Shown here: in pieces, positions 39,950 to 49,587 of the stretch
Layout of the letters: every line of letters begins with the position of its first letter
Position numbering within the stretch: the stretch's first letter is position 1
Assembly (NCBI GenBank): GCA_025464995.1
Contig: JAODMO010000063.1
Coordinates: 1,712-65,711, forward strand
Direction: 5' to 3'
Source: Microbacteriaceae bacterium
GTDB lineage: Bacteria; Actinomycetota; Actinomycetes; Actinomycetales; Microbacteriaceae
Length of the DNA stretch: 64,000 nucleotides
Made by a program: the position numbers and the translations under genes
Notes under the pieces: model-generated
Databases searched by the model: none
Seen by the model: only the letters and a program-made list of their open reading frames with translations
What the model was told of the DNA's origin: nothing

Positions 39950-40148
39950 GGCGCCGCATCCGCTGCGCTACGGCGCGTCTGTCAGCTCGGGCGACCGGGC
40001 GGGCGGGTCGTCGCCGGCCGGGCGTGTGAGCGATCGACGCCGCTCAGCGTTGACGAGCCGCGTTCGGCCGTCAGATGACGAGAGTGCCGTCGCGGCCTCC
40101 TCGGAGGCGCTGGGTGCACTCTGGTGTGACGGCCGTGGGCCCGCGGAG

Positions 40149-40259
40149 TTACGCCCGGCGGGTCGGAACGCGGCGGTAGCCGTCACGAGCGGTGACGATG
40201 ACCGATCCGACGATGGCGCTGAGGGGAAGGGCTGCGATGACGATGTAGTCGAAGATCAT
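40149..40259 (-). CDS. 36-aa single-TM small protein MIFDYIVIAALPLSAIVGSVIVTARDGYRRVPTRRA
   Basis: ATG at 40259 and TAA at 40149; purine-rich upstream sequence (GGAGGCAGACCAAGAGAGAGAA); GC3-rich codons; TM segment plus basic tail; divergent from LysR. Confidence 0.7.
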   Translation of the reverse strand: MIFDYIVIAALPLSAIVGSVIVTARDGYRRVPTRRA

Positions 40260-40337
40260 GGGTGGTTCTCTCTCTTGGTCTGCCTCCATTCAACAACCGA
40301 CGACCTTTTAGCACAATCGCATACTTCTTGCGCATAT

Positions 40338-40354
40338 ATGTAGAGTCGCTACAT
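40338..40354. promoter_or_regulatory. Candidate LysR box (T-N11-A dyad) over the lysR -10 and start codon
   Basis: ATGTAG-AGTCG-CTACAT palindrome containing the TAGAGT -10. Confidence 0.6.
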
Positions 40355-41279
40355 GGACGTCAGGCGACTGGAACTGCTCCGCGAACTCGCCGAGCGCGGA
40401 AGCATCACGGCAGTGGCCACGGCGACAAGCCGCACCTCATCGGCAGTTTCACAGCAGCTCAAAGTGCTCGAGCGGGAGGCCGGCATCCCGCTCACCGAAC
40501 GCCACGGCAGGGGCATCGTCCTCACCGGTGCGGGGCGGATGTTGGCACAGACGGCGGCGGACGTCGCCGTCGCGCTGCAGCGCGCCGAGGCCGTGTGGGA
40601 GGACTTCAAACAGGCACCCCGCGGCGACGTCACCCTCACCATCTTCCCCACCGGCGGCCAGATGCTGCTGCCAGGGCTGCTCACCGCCGTCGCCGAGATG
40701 CCCGGCCTCGTTCTGACCTGCAGTGACCAGGACCCGCTTCTCCCCGACTTCGCCGACCTCACGCCCGACTTCGACATCGTGGTCGCCGACGCCCCTTCCG
40801 TGCTCCCCTCCTGGCGGGAACGCGGCCTCGCCGTGGTGCCCCTCATGTCGGAACCGCTCGATGTCGCGCTGCCTGAGGGGCACGCCCTCGCCGAGAAGAA
40901 GACACTCTCACCCCGAGACCTCGTCGACGAGACGTGGGTGGGGGTGCCGCAGGGCTTCCCCTACGACCGCATCCTGCGCCAGATCGAGACCGCGACGGGC
41001 GTCCCGGCCCGCGTCGGCCAGCGGTTCCTCGACAACGGCATCGTCGAGGCGATCGTCGCCGCCGGCCACGGCATCGCGATTCTGCCGCGCTACACCACCC
41101 GTGACCACGAGAACGGCCTCGTCACGCGGCCGCTGTCGGGGGTGCGCGCCATGCGACAGATTTCGGCGCTCATGCGCCCCGACCGGGCGGAGCGCCCGTC
41201 CGTGCGGCTCGTCGTCGAGGCGCTGGGTGCCGAGGCGACGCGGTTCCGCACCGAGCACGAGATCCTCCCCGCGGGCTGA
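40353..41279 (+). CDS. LysR-family transcriptional regulator
   Basis: GSITAVA...SAVSQQLKVLERE...LTGAG HTH plus a substrate-binding domain. Confidence 0.95.
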   Translation: MDVRRLELLRELAERGSITAVATATSRTSSAVSQQLKVLEREAGIPLTERHGRGIVLTGAGRMLAQTAADVAVALQRAEAVWEDFKQAPRGDVTLTIFPTGGQMLLPGLLTAVAEMPGLVLTCSDQDPLLPDFADLTPDFDIVVADAPSVLPSWRERGLAVVPLMSEPLDVALPEGHALAEKKTLSPRDLVDETWVGVPQGFPYDRILRQIETATGVPARVGQRFLDNGIVEAIVAAGHGIAILPRYTTRDHENGLVTRPLSGVRAMRQISALMRPDRAERPSVRLVVEALGAEATRFRTEHEILPAG

Positions 41280-41315
41280 CGCGAACCCCCGGCGTGAACG
41301 TCCTAGGCTGAGCAC

Positions 41316-42866
41316 ATGCCAGCCTCCAGCGTCGGCCATGCCGACATCCCGGACCTCGTGCACGACCTCTCGAGCAGCTCGGGTGCGACGGCACCGGTCA
41401 TCGCACCCTTCACCGGCGAGGTGCTGCACGACCTCCCGCTGAGCTCCGCAGGCGACGTCGCGGATGCCGCGGCCACAGCCCGCGCCGCCCAGCGAGCCTG
41501 GCGTTCCGCCGGCCCGGCGCACCGCCGTCGTGTGCTGTTGCGCGCCCATGACCTCCTGCTCGAGCGCCGGCAGGCCCTGATGGACACCCTGCAGACCGAG
41601 ACCGGCAAGACTCGCGGCCAGGCGTTCGAGGAGATCTTCAGCGGCGCGAGCGTGACGCGCTACTACGCGGTGTCGGCCGCGGGCGCCCTCGCGACGCGCG
41701 GCCGCCGCGGCGGCATCCCGCTCGTCGTGCGCACCCGCGTGAGCTACCAGCCGAAGGGCCTCATCGGGGTCATCACCCCGTGGAACTATCCGCTCAGCCT
41801 GTCGCTCATGGACGTCGTGCCTGCCCTCGCCGCGGGCAACGCCGTCATCCAGAAGGCCGACAACCAGGGCGTCCTGAGCATCCTCGCCTCCCGACGCGCG
41901 TTCATCGACGCGGGCGTGCCCGCGGCGCTCTGGGGCGTGGTCGCCGGCGACGGCACGGAGATCGGCAACGCCGTCGTCGACGCTGCCGACTACGTGTGCT
42001 TCACCGGTTCGACCGCGACCGGCACCGCGGTCGGGCTGCGGGCGGCCGCGCGCCTCGTCGGCGCGTCGCTCGAACTCGGCGGCAAGAATCCGCTCATCGT
42101 GCTCGACGACGTGCGGCCCGCCGCGGCGGCCAAGGATGCGGTCTACTCGTGTTTCTCGTCGATGGGCCAGTTGTGCGTCTCAATCGAGCGCATCTACGTG
42201 CACCGGGCCGTCGCCGACGACTTCACCACGGCCTTCGTCGAGCGCGTCGGCGCCCTGAGCATCGGCGGCGCGCTCGACTACTCTGCTGACGTCGGGTCGC
42301 TCACCTCGGCGGCCCAGCTGGGACGGGTCACCGCGCACGTCGACGACGCCGTCGCAAAGGGGGCACGCGTGCTTACCGGCGGACGGCCCCGCCCCGACCT
42401 CGGTCCGTATTTCTACGAGCCGACGGTGCTCGCCGACGTGACCGACGACATGCTGTGCGCCGCCACGGAGACCTTCGGCCCGGTGGTCGCCATCCACGTC
42501 GTGCGGAGCGAGGACGAGGCGGTCGCCGCCGCCAACGCGTCGGAGTTCGGCCTCAACGCGTCGGTCTTCAGCGGATCGCGCCGGCGCGCCCGTGCCGTCG
42601 CCGACCGGCTCGACGCGGGAAGCGTCAACATCAACGAGGGCTACCGGGCGACATTCTCGAGCATCGACGCCCCGATGGGCGGCATGAAGAGCTCTGGTCT
42701 CGGCCGACGGAACGGGCGCGAGGGACTGCTGCGTTTCGTCGAGGCACGCACCGTCGCGGAGTCGACCGGCCTGATCGCCCTTCCGCGCACCGGCAGGGAG
42801 TTCGCCGCGATGACGGGCATCATGGTGGCGGTGCTCGTCGCGCTCCGGGCGATCGGGCGGCGCTAG
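41316..42866 (+). CDS. Succinate-semialdehyde dehydrogenase-like aldehyde dehydrogenase (GabD2-type)
   Basis: PWNYP, FTGSTATG, LELGGKNP, GQLCVS and ETFGPV motifs. Confidence 0.88.
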   Translation: MPASSVGHADIPDLVHDLSSSSGATAPVIAPFTGEVLHDLPLSSAGDVADAAATARAAQRAWRSAGPAHRRRVLLRAHDLLLERRQALMDTLQTETGKTRGQAFEEIFSGASVTRYYAVSAAGALATRGRRGGIPLVVRTRVSYQPKGLIGVITPWNYPLSLSLMDVVPALAAGNAVIQKADNQGVLSILASRRAFIDAGVPAALWGVVAGDGTEIGNAVVDAADYVCFTGSTATGTAVGLRAAARLVGASLELGGKNPLIVLDDVRPAAAAKDAVYSCFSSMGQLCVSIERIYVHRAVADDFTTAFVERVGALSIGGALDYSADVGSLTSAAQLGRVTAHVDDAVAKGARVLTGGRPRPDLGPYFYEPTVLADVTDDMLCAATETFGPVVAIHVVRSEDEAVAAANASEFGLNASVFSGSRRRARAVADRLDAGSVNINEGYRATFSSIDAPMGGMKSSGLGRRNGREGLLRFVEARTVAESTGLIALPRTGREFAAMTGIMVAVLVALRAIGRR

Positions 42867-42875
42867 GGAGCGCCC

Positions 42876-43244
42876 CTAAGTCGCCTCGGAGTCGAAGGGT
42901 GCCGGCCTGCCCTCGCGCACCAGGCGCTGCCTCTGGGCATACGCCGACTCGATGGGCGGCTTGATCACGGTCGGCGCGGCGACGGGAGCGTCGTCGACGA
43001 GGGCCTCACGGATGATGCGACGGGGGTCGTACTGGCGCGGGTCGAGCTTCTTCCAGTCGACCTCGTCGAAGTCGGGACCCATCTCCTCGCGCATGCGGAC
43101 TTTGGCGCCATCCGCCATGACCCGAAGCGACTTCGTGAGGCGCGCCAGCTGCGATGCGTAGTACGGGAGGCGCTCCGGCCCGAGCAGGAAGACGGCGATG
43201 ATCCCGATGATCACCAGCTTCTCGAACGTCAACCCAAAGGACAC
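42876..43244 (-). CDS. tatB: Sec-independent translocase TatB
   Basis: LLGPERLP, DPRQYDPRRII and FDSEAT; TATTCT 6 nt before the GTG. Confidence 0.9.
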   Translation of the reverse strand: MSFGLTFEKLVIIGIIAVFLLGPERLPYYASQLARLTKSLRVMADGAKVRMREEMGPDFDEVDWKKLDPRQYDPRRIIREALVDDAPVAAPTVIKPPIESAYAQRQRLVREGRPAPFDSEAT

Positions 43245-43308
43245 CCGCTCAGAATAACCCCTCGTCGACGTGGGCTGGCTTACAGTGGGGACGAACAAGG
43301 AGTCGTTG

Positions 43309-43941
43309 GTGGCAGGAAAAGAGTCGAGCTGGAAGTTCGCCGAAGAGTTTATTGTCGAACGCCCGGAGATCGCGCTCGCGCGACAGCACTCCATCGAGGT
43401 CGGGGTGGAGGCGGTGTCGCCCGCGACCGGTGCGCAACTCGCGGTTCTCGCGGCGGCTACGGCCGCGAGGAACATCATGGAGATCGGCACCGGTCTCGGC
43501 GTGAGCGGGCTGTGGATGCTCACGGGCGCGCCGCGGGCCGTGCTCACCTCGATCGACTCGGAGATCGATCACCAGCAGCTCGCGAAGGTCACCTTCACGT
43601 CCGCCGACATCCCGGCCAACCGGATCCGGCTCATCGCCGGCCGCGCCCTCGATGTGCTTCCGCGCATGAACGACTCGAGCTATGACATGGTGCTCGTCGA
43701 CGCCGATCCGCACTCCGTCATCGAGTACGTCGAACACGCACTGCGGATGGTGCGCACGGGCGGCACCGTCGTCGTAGCGCACGCGCTCTGGCGTGGTCGC
43801 GTCGCCGACCCCGCGCAGCGAGACGAGACGGTGGGCAACTTCCGCACCATCCTGCGGGAGGTGGCCGAATCCTCCGCGGTCATCAGCTCACTCTCGCCCG
43901 TGGGCGACGGCCTCCTGCAGCTGACGAAGATCGCCGACTGA
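43309..43941 (+). CDS. O-methyltransferase (Rv1220c-like)
   Basis: EIGTGLGVSG, GRALDVLPR and PVGDGLL; AAGGAG SD. Confidence 0.9.
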   Translation: MAGKESSWKFAEEFIVERPEIALARQHSIEVGVEAVSPATGAQLAVLAAATAARNIMEIGTGLGVSGLWMLTGAPRAVLTSIDSEIDHQQLAKVTFTSADIPANRIRLIAGRALDVLPRMNDSSYDMVLVDADPHSVIEYVEHALRMVRTGGTVVVAHALWRGRVADPAQRDETVGNFRTILREVAESSAVISSLSPVGDGLLQLTKIAD

Positions 43942-43970
43942 TCACACCGACGTGCGGCGCGCGGGCGCAC

Positions 43971-44016
43971 AAAACCCGCGTGCCGTCCTTCGTCGAGATG
44001 AGGGATGGCACGCGGG
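43971..44016 (-). terminator. Intrinsic terminator of the DUF3117 gene
   Basis: CCCGCGTGCC...GGCACGCGGG followed by TTTT on the minus strand. Confidence 0.8.
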
Positions 44017-44027
44017 CTGCGTGAAGA

Positions 44028-44201
44028 TCAGGCTGGCGCGACGACGTTCTCGAGCGCGTCGTGAAGTTCTCTGGCCTCGGCGTCGTTCACCGACACTACA
44101 AGTCGGCCTCCACCCTCGAGCGGAACACGAACGATGATGAGGCGACCTTCCTTCACAGCCTCCATTGGCCCGTCGCCGGTCCTCGGTTTCATGGCTGCCA
44201 T
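44028..44201 (-). CDS. DUF3117 family protein
   Basis: MAAMKPRTGDGPMEA...VPLEGGGRLVV signature. Confidence 0.95.
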   Translation of the reverse strand: MAAMKPRTGDGPMEAVKEGRLIIVRVPLEGGGRLVVSVNDAEARELHDALENVVAPA

Positions 44202-44282
44202 GAGAAGTCCCCTTTCATAGGTACACATCCATTATTGACTACTAATCGGCATGTGAATAACCGAGATACATTTGAGTACTCG

Positions 44283-45503
44283 TCACGGGGGCGTCCAGTC
44301 GTAGCCGTCCACCCACCAGCAGAAGTACACCCAAGCGAACTGGCCGGCGACGCAGAGCGCGACCAGCACCACACGAAACAGCGCGGAACGGGGAACTGCG
44401 AGGGCTCCCCAGAGCGGGAATACCGGCAGGAACAGCCGGACGGTGCTCGACTGCGGGAAGAACACGGCCAGCAGGTACAGCGAGTAGCTCGCGACCCAGA
44501 ACCGCAGGTCGGGGCCGAGCCGCTTGACCCAGGGCGAGAACATGAAGGCGGCGAAACCGCCCACGAGCACGACCAGCACGACGAGCCCGAGTCCGCCGGG
44601 CAGCCAGAAGTTCGCCCCGAGGATCCACGGCGTCAGTGGGAGGAGTCCCTGGTATCCGACATACGGTGCTCTCCACGCCAGCTCGGTGTCGAGGTAGGCC
44701 GTGAGCGAGCCCGTCACGGCGGCGGCGATGAGAAGCCAGGCGAATCCGCTGACCACGCTCACCGCGACACCGATGGCGGATGCGGCGATCTCCCGCCGCG
44801 CGAAGGGGTCTACGTCGCGCGTCACCCAGCGGTGCACGACGTGCAGCCCGAGCGCGAGCGCGAAGGCCAGCCCGCTGGGGCGCGTGAGCGACATCACGAC
44901 AATGACCGGCAGCAGCATCCAGTAGTCGCGCTTGAGCAGCAGGTACAACGCGAGCGTCAGCAGGAAGGCGTGCATCGACTCGGCGTACGACACCTGCAGG
45001 ATGGGCGAGAGGGGCGCGAAGCAGTACAGCACGACGGCGAAGAGCGCACTGCCCTCGGGAAGCACGAGCAGCATCAGGCGGTAGAACAACAGCGCGGTCG
45101 CGAGCGCGAAGGCCACGGACACGAACACCGACAGCACGCGGAAGTCGAGGCCCGTGGCGAACATGAGCGCCCGGATGAGAGCCGGGTAGGCGGGCATGAA
45201 CGCCCAGGCGCTCTCGCCGACGTGCCCGTCGTCGGTCATCGGCAGCTCGTTCGGGTAGCCGCTCAGCGCGATGATGAAGTACCAGTGGCCGTCCCAGATC
45301 TTGGCGAAGTCGAGGTACGACGGGCGAGCGCCGGTCCACGCGTTCAGCTCCTGGCGCGACGCGAACCAGAGCAGGATCGACGTCGTGACGATGCGAGAGG
45401 CGACGAACACGATGAACACCCGCGCCACCCAGTGCGTGAGCCGGTACCGCACCAACAGTCGCGTGGCCATCGACGAGCGAGCCGGCGCGGGGCGCTCGCT
45501 CAT
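44283..45503 (-). CDS. GT-C fold polyprenol-dependent mannosyltransferase-like membrane protein
   Basis: WDGHWY, WAFMPAYP, YAES and TRPSG motifs; many TMs; start codon uncertain. Confidence 0.8.
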   Translation of the reverse strand: MSERPAPARSSMATRLLVRYRLTHWVARVFIVFVASRIVTTSILLWFASRQELNAWTGARPSYLDFAKIWDGHWYFIIALSGYPNELPMTDDGHVGESAWAFMPAYPALIRALMFATGLDFRVLSVFVSVAFALATALLFYRLMLLVLPEGSALFAVVLYCFAPLSPILQVSYAESMHAFLLTLALYLLLKRDYWMLLPVIVVMSLTRPSGLAFALALGLHVVHRWVTRDVDPFARREIAASAIGVAVSVVSGFAWLLIAAAVTGSLTAYLDTELAWRAPYVGYQGLLPLTPWILGANFWLPGGLGLVVLVVLVGGFAAFMFSPWVKRLGPDLRFWVASYSLYLLAVFFPQSSTVRLFLPVFPLWGALAVPRSALFRVVLVALCVAGQFAWVYFCWWVDGYDWTPP

Positions 45504-45517
45504 CCCGACGACCGTCG

Positions 45518-46615
45518 TCAGCCCGTCATGAGCCATGCGCGCAGGCCCTGCTCACACGACGTGATCTGCTCCAGCGGCACCCGCTCGTCATCGGCGTGCG
45601 CCTTGAGGGGGTCTCCCGGGCCGTAGTTCACAGCGGGGGTGCCGAGGGCGGAGAAGCGGGCGACGTCGGTCCAGCCGTACTTGGGCATGGCCGTGCCTCC
45701 GACCGCCGCGAGGAAGTTCTTGGCCAAGGGGGCGTCCAACCCGGGGCGTGCGCCCTCCGCGAGGTCGACGACGGTGACGTCGAAGCCCGCGAACAGCTCG
45801 CGGAGGTGCGCAATCGCCTCCTCGCCGCTGCGGCTGGGGGCGAAGCGGTAGTTGATGTGCACCATCGCCGCGTCGGGGATGATGTTGCCGGCGACGCCGC
45901 CGGAGATGCCCACCGCGTTGAGCCCCTCACGGTAGACGAGGCCCTCGACCTCGACCTCCCGCGGCTCGTACGCGGCGAGCGTGTTGAGGATGGGGGCGAC
46001 GTCGTGGATGGCGTTGTGGCCCACCCAGGCGCGCGCGGAGTGGGAGCGGAGCCCGAAGGTGCGCACCTCGATGCGCGCGTTGCCGTTGCATCCGCCCTCG
46101 ACCTCGGAGCGCGTGGGCTCGCCGAGGATGGCGAAGTCGCCGACGAGCAGTTCGGGGCGGTTGGCCGCCAGCCGGGTGAGGCCGTTGAGGTCGGCGGAGA
46201 CCTCCTCGTGGTCGTACCAGATCCAGGTGACGTCGACGGCGGGGTCGGCGAGTTCGACCGCGAGCTTGAGCTGCACCGCGACGCCGGCTTTCATGTCGAC
46301 GGTGCCGCGCCCCCAGAGGTAGTCGACGCCGTCCTCCGTCTCGAACCGGGTCGGCAGGTTGTCGTTGAGCGGCACCGTGTCGATGTGCCCGGCGATGACG
46401 ACGCGCTTGTCGCGCCCCAGGTTCGTACGGGCGATGATCGCGTCCCCGTCGCGGATGACCTCGAGATGCGTGGCCGCCGCGAGGCTGGCCTGGATCGCGT
46501 CGGCGATCGTGCGCTCGTCGCCCGACACCGACTCGATGTCGCACAGCTGACGCGTGATGTCGATGGAGCTCGCGGCGAGGTCGAGCACGGGCAGGGTGGT
46601 GTCTGCGACAGGCAT
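45518..46615 (-). CDS. dapE: Succinyl-diaminopimelate desuccinylase
   Basis: AGHIDTVP, GRGTVDMK, GWTDVARF and AHADDE motifs. Confidence 0.94.
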   Translation of the reverse strand: MPVADTTLPVLDLAASSIDITRQLCDIESVSGDERTIADAIQASLAAATHLEVIRDGDAIIARTNLGRDKRVVIAGHIDTVPLNDNLPTRFETEDGVDYLWGRGTVDMKAGVAVQLKLAVELADPAVDVTWIWYDHEEVSADLNGLTRLAANRPELLVGDFAILGEPTRSEVEGGCNGNARIEVRTFGLRSHSARAWVGHNAIHDVAPILNTLAAYEPREVEVEGLVYREGLNAVGISGGVAGNIIPDAAMVHINYRFAPSRSGEEAIAHLRELFAGFDVTVVDLAEGARPGLDAPLAKNFLAAVGGTAMPKYGWTDVARFSALGTPAVNYGPGDPLKAHADDERVPLEQITSCEQGLRAWLMTG

Positions 46616-46647
46616 GGACCCCAGTTTAGGGTCGCTACTCTGGAGAC

Positions 46648-47598
46648 ATGAATTCTCGCGCCGCGTGGGGCTACGGTCTCGCCACCACCGCTACCGACTC
46701 GACGATCCTCGACACGTGGTTCCCCACCCCGCAGCTCGGCCCCCGGCCCGAGTCGATCGACCCGTACATCGCCCCGTCCGAGCTCGAGCCGCTCCTCGGA
46801 AGCGACGATCGCCGCGCGGTGCGCATCGACTTCCTCACGGTCGAGATCGACCTCGACGCTCCCCCGGCCTCGACGCCCGACGCCTACCTGCGGCTGCACC
46901 TGTTGAGCCACCTCCTGGTCGCCCCGAACACTCTCAACCTCGACGGGATCTTCGGCTACCTCCCGATCGTGGCGTGGACGACGGCCGGTCCGATGCACCC
47001 CGACGATTTCACCCGGCTGCGTCCGGTGCTGCAGAGGTCCGGCATCTCGGCGCACGGCATCGACAAGTTTCCGCGCCTGCTCGACTACGTGGTGCCCGCG
47101 CGCGTCCGCATCGCGGATGCGTCGCGCGTGCGGCTCGGCGCGCACCTCTCGCCGGGCACCACTGTCATGCACGAGGGCTTCGTCAACTTCAACGCCGGCA
47201 CACTCGGCGTCTCGATGGTCGAGGGCCGCATCTCGCAGGGCGTCGTCGTCGGCGACGGCTCCGACATCGGCGGCGGCGCGTCCATCATGGGCACGCTCTC
47301 CGGCGGCGGCACGCAGCGGGTCACCATCGGCGAACGCGCGCTCCTCGGCGCGAACTCGGGAATCGGCATCTCGATCGGCGACGACTCGGTCGTCGAGGCG
47401 GGACTCTACGTCACGGCCGGCACCAAAGTACGCGTCGTCGACCCCTCGATCACGGCCGGCGACCCGCGCACGGTCAAGGCCGCCGAGCTGAGCGGGGTGC
47501 CCGGACTGCTGTTCCGTCGCAACTCCCTCACGGGCGCCGTCGAGGTGCTCGCCCGCTCGGGCACCGGGGTAGAGCTGAACGCGGCACTGCACGCCTGA
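46648..47598 (+). CDS. dapD: Tetrahydrodipicolinate N-succinyltransferase
   Basis: [24 protein letters not shown] and FRRNS motifs. Confidence 0.95.
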   Translation: MNSRAAWGYGLATTATDSTILDTWFPTPQLGPRPESIDPYIAPSELEPLLGSDDRRAVRIDFLTVEIDLDAPPASTPDAYLRLHLLSHLLVAPNTLNLDGIFGYLPIVAWTTAGPMHPDDFTRLRPVLQRSGISAHGIDKFPRLLDYVVPARVRIADASRVRLGAHLSPGTTVMHEGFVNFNAGTLGVSMVEGRISQGVVVGDGSDIGGGASIMGTLSGGGTQRVTIGERALLGANSGIGISIGDDSVVEAGLYVTAGTKVRVVDPSITAGDPRTVKAAELSGVPGLLFRRNSLTGAVEVLARSGTGVELNAALHA

Positions 47599-47654
47599 AG
47601 CAGTCTGCCGCGAAGGGGCGGCGCCTCACGGGTCGCGAGACTATCATCGGCCCC

Positions 47655-48104
47655 ATGCGAAGGGGCATGCTCCCGGCCGCCGCGGCGATCGGCTCGGCGC
47701 TGGTCGGCGTGGGCGCCATCACGCTCGCCTTTGCGCCGCGCGGAGGCGACTCCGAGCGACTGATCGTCGGCTACGGATCGCCCGGCCAGGAGCTCGCGCT
47801 CGGCAACCTCACGATCGAAGGCGGCCGCTACCGCGCCGGCTACGATGCCGACATCCAGTTCATCTCCTCCGACCCCTTCGGCAGAATGAGCTGCGCCCTC
47901 GTCGACACCACGGGCCGCATCGGCTACCTGGGAGACACCCTGTCCTGGTTCGACGGCGACGGCGTCTGGAGGCACATCTCGGCCTCCGCCCGCATCGACG
48001 TGCCCGACATCTCCCTGGGACTCCGCTGCGCGCCCTCGAGCACCGCCACCATCGCGGTCGCCGTGCGCGGAGTGCTCATCAACGCGGTACCGCTCGGCGA
48101 ATGA
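47655..48104 (+). CDS. Hypothetical secreted or membrane-anchored protein
   Basis: N-terminal hydrophobic segment, two Cys, GC3-rich codons; TATCAT 7 nt before the ATG. Confidence 0.7.
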   Translation: MRRGMLPAAAAIGSALVGVGAITLAFAPRGGDSERLIVGYGSPGQELALGNLTIEGGRYRAGYDADIQFISSDPFGRMSCALVDTTGRIGYLGDTLSWFDGDGVWRHISASARIDVPDISLGLRCAPSSTATIAVAVRGVLINAVPLGE

Positions 48105-48129
48105 CCGGGCGGCGATACTGCCGGGAACA

Positions 48130-48177
48130 ACGGATGCCGCGGCTCTCGTTCCGGTGAACACGAGCCGCGGCATCCGT
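48130..48177. terminator. Long hairpin between convergent genes
   Basis: ACGGATGCCGCGGCTC...GAGCCGCGGCATCCGT, a 16-bp perfect stem. Confidence 0.75.
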
Positions 48178-48190
48178 CGGCCTGGAGCGA

Positions 48191-49486
48191 CTAGCGCTCG
48201 GGCCAGGCGCGCTCGGGCTCGCCCACGTACAGCTGCTGCGGACGGCCGATCTTGGTGGCCGGGTCGAGGTTCATCTCTCGCCAGTGCGCGATCCAGCCGG
48301 GCAGGCGGCCGATCGCGAAGAGGGGGGTGAACATGCGCGACGGGAAACCCATCGCCTTGTAGATGACGCCGGTGTAGAAGTCGACGTTCGGGTAGAGCTT
48401 GCGCTCGGCGAAGTAGTCGTCGGCGAGGGCGACGGCCTCGAGCTCCTTGGCGATGTCGAGCAGGTCGTCTCTCACGCCGAGCGCCTCGAGCACCTCGTCG
48501 GCGCTCTCCTTCACGAGTGTCGCACGAGGGTCGAAGTTCTTGTACACCCGGTGGCCGAAGCCCATGAGGCGCACTCCCTCCTCCTTGTTCTTCACCCGCT
48601 CCACGAATTTGGCGACGCCGTCGCCCGACTCCTTGATCTCGCCGAGCATCTTGAGCACCGCTTCGTTGGCACCGCCGTGCAGCGGCCCGTAGAGCGCGTT
48701 GATGCCGGCGGAGACGGACGCGAAGATGTTGGCCTCGGTCGACCCGACGAGACGCACGGTCGAGGTGGAGGCATTCTGCTCGTGGTCCTCGTGCAGGATG
48801 AGCAGGCGGTCGAGCGCCTTGCTCACCACCGGGTTCACCTCGTACGGCTCCGCCATCGTGCCGAAGTTGAGCTTGAGGAAGTTGTCGACGAAGCTCAGGC
48901 TGTTGTCTGGGTAGAGGAACGCCTGTCCGAGACTCTTCTTGTGGGCGTAGGCCGCGATGACCGGCAGCTTGGCGAGCAGGCGCACGATCGACATCTCGAT
49001 CTGCTCGGGGTCTTTGACGCTCAGCGAGCCCTCGTAGTAGGTCGAGAGCGCGGACACGGCACTCGAGAGCACCGACATCGGGTGTGCGTTGTGCGGCAGC
49101 GCGTCGAAGAAGCGTCGCAGGTCTTCGTGCAGGAGGGTGTGACGGCGTATGCGCTCGTCGAACGCCTCGAGCTCAGACGCCGAGGGCAGTTCACCGTAGA
49201 TGAGCAGCCACGCCACCTCGAGATAGGTCGAGTTCTTCGCGACGGCCTCGATCGGGTAACCGCGGTAGCGCAGGATGCCGGCGTCACCGTCGATGTACGT
49301 GATCGCGCTCTTCGTCGAGGCGGTGTTCACGAAGCCCTGGTCGAGAGTGGTGAACCCCGTCTGCTTCATGAAAGTGGAGATATCGATGCTGTCGCGACCG
49401 TCTACGCCGCGGATGACCGGGAACTCCGCCGTTCCTCCCGGAAAATGCAGCGTGGCCTTCTCTGTACCTGGAGCCGTGTCATTCAC
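48191..49486 (-). CDS. gltA: Citrate synthase (type II)
   Basis: DHEQNAST, GPLHGGANE, GFGHRVYK and YPNVDFY motifs. Confidence 0.97.
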   Translation of the reverse strand: MNDTAPGTEKATLHFPGGTAEFPVIRGVDGRDSIDISTFMKQTGFTTLDQGFVNTASTKSAITYIDGDAGILRYRGYPIEAVAKNSTYLEVAWLLIYGELPSASELEAFDERIRRHTLLHEDLRRFFDALPHNAHPMSVLSSAVSALSTYYEGSLSVKDPEQIEMSIVRLLAKLPVIAAYAHKKSLGQAFLYPDNSLSFVDNFLKLNFGTMAEPYEVNPVVSKALDRLLILHEDHEQNASTSTVRLVGSTEANIFASVSAGINALYGPLHGGANEAVLKMLGEIKESGDGVAKFVERVKNKEEGVRLMGFGHRVYKNFDPRATLVKESADEVLEALGVRDDLLDIAKELEAVALADDYFAERKLYPNVDFYTGVIYKAMGFPSRMFTPLFAIGRLPGWIAHWREMNLDPATKIGRPQQLYVGEPERAWPER

Positions 49487-49587
49487 GCCTACAGCCTATA
49501 AGGCGGCGGCGACTACGGTCGCATCGGCCAAGGCACTACAACCCGCATTGGAGATAGTCTCCAAATTCGGAACGCGTCGATCCGCGT

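Noticed and set aside
39968-40186. 72-aa minus-strand ORF in the track
   Set aside because: Low-complexity, no SD, and it overlaps the better-supported 36-aa peptide gene and hairpin.
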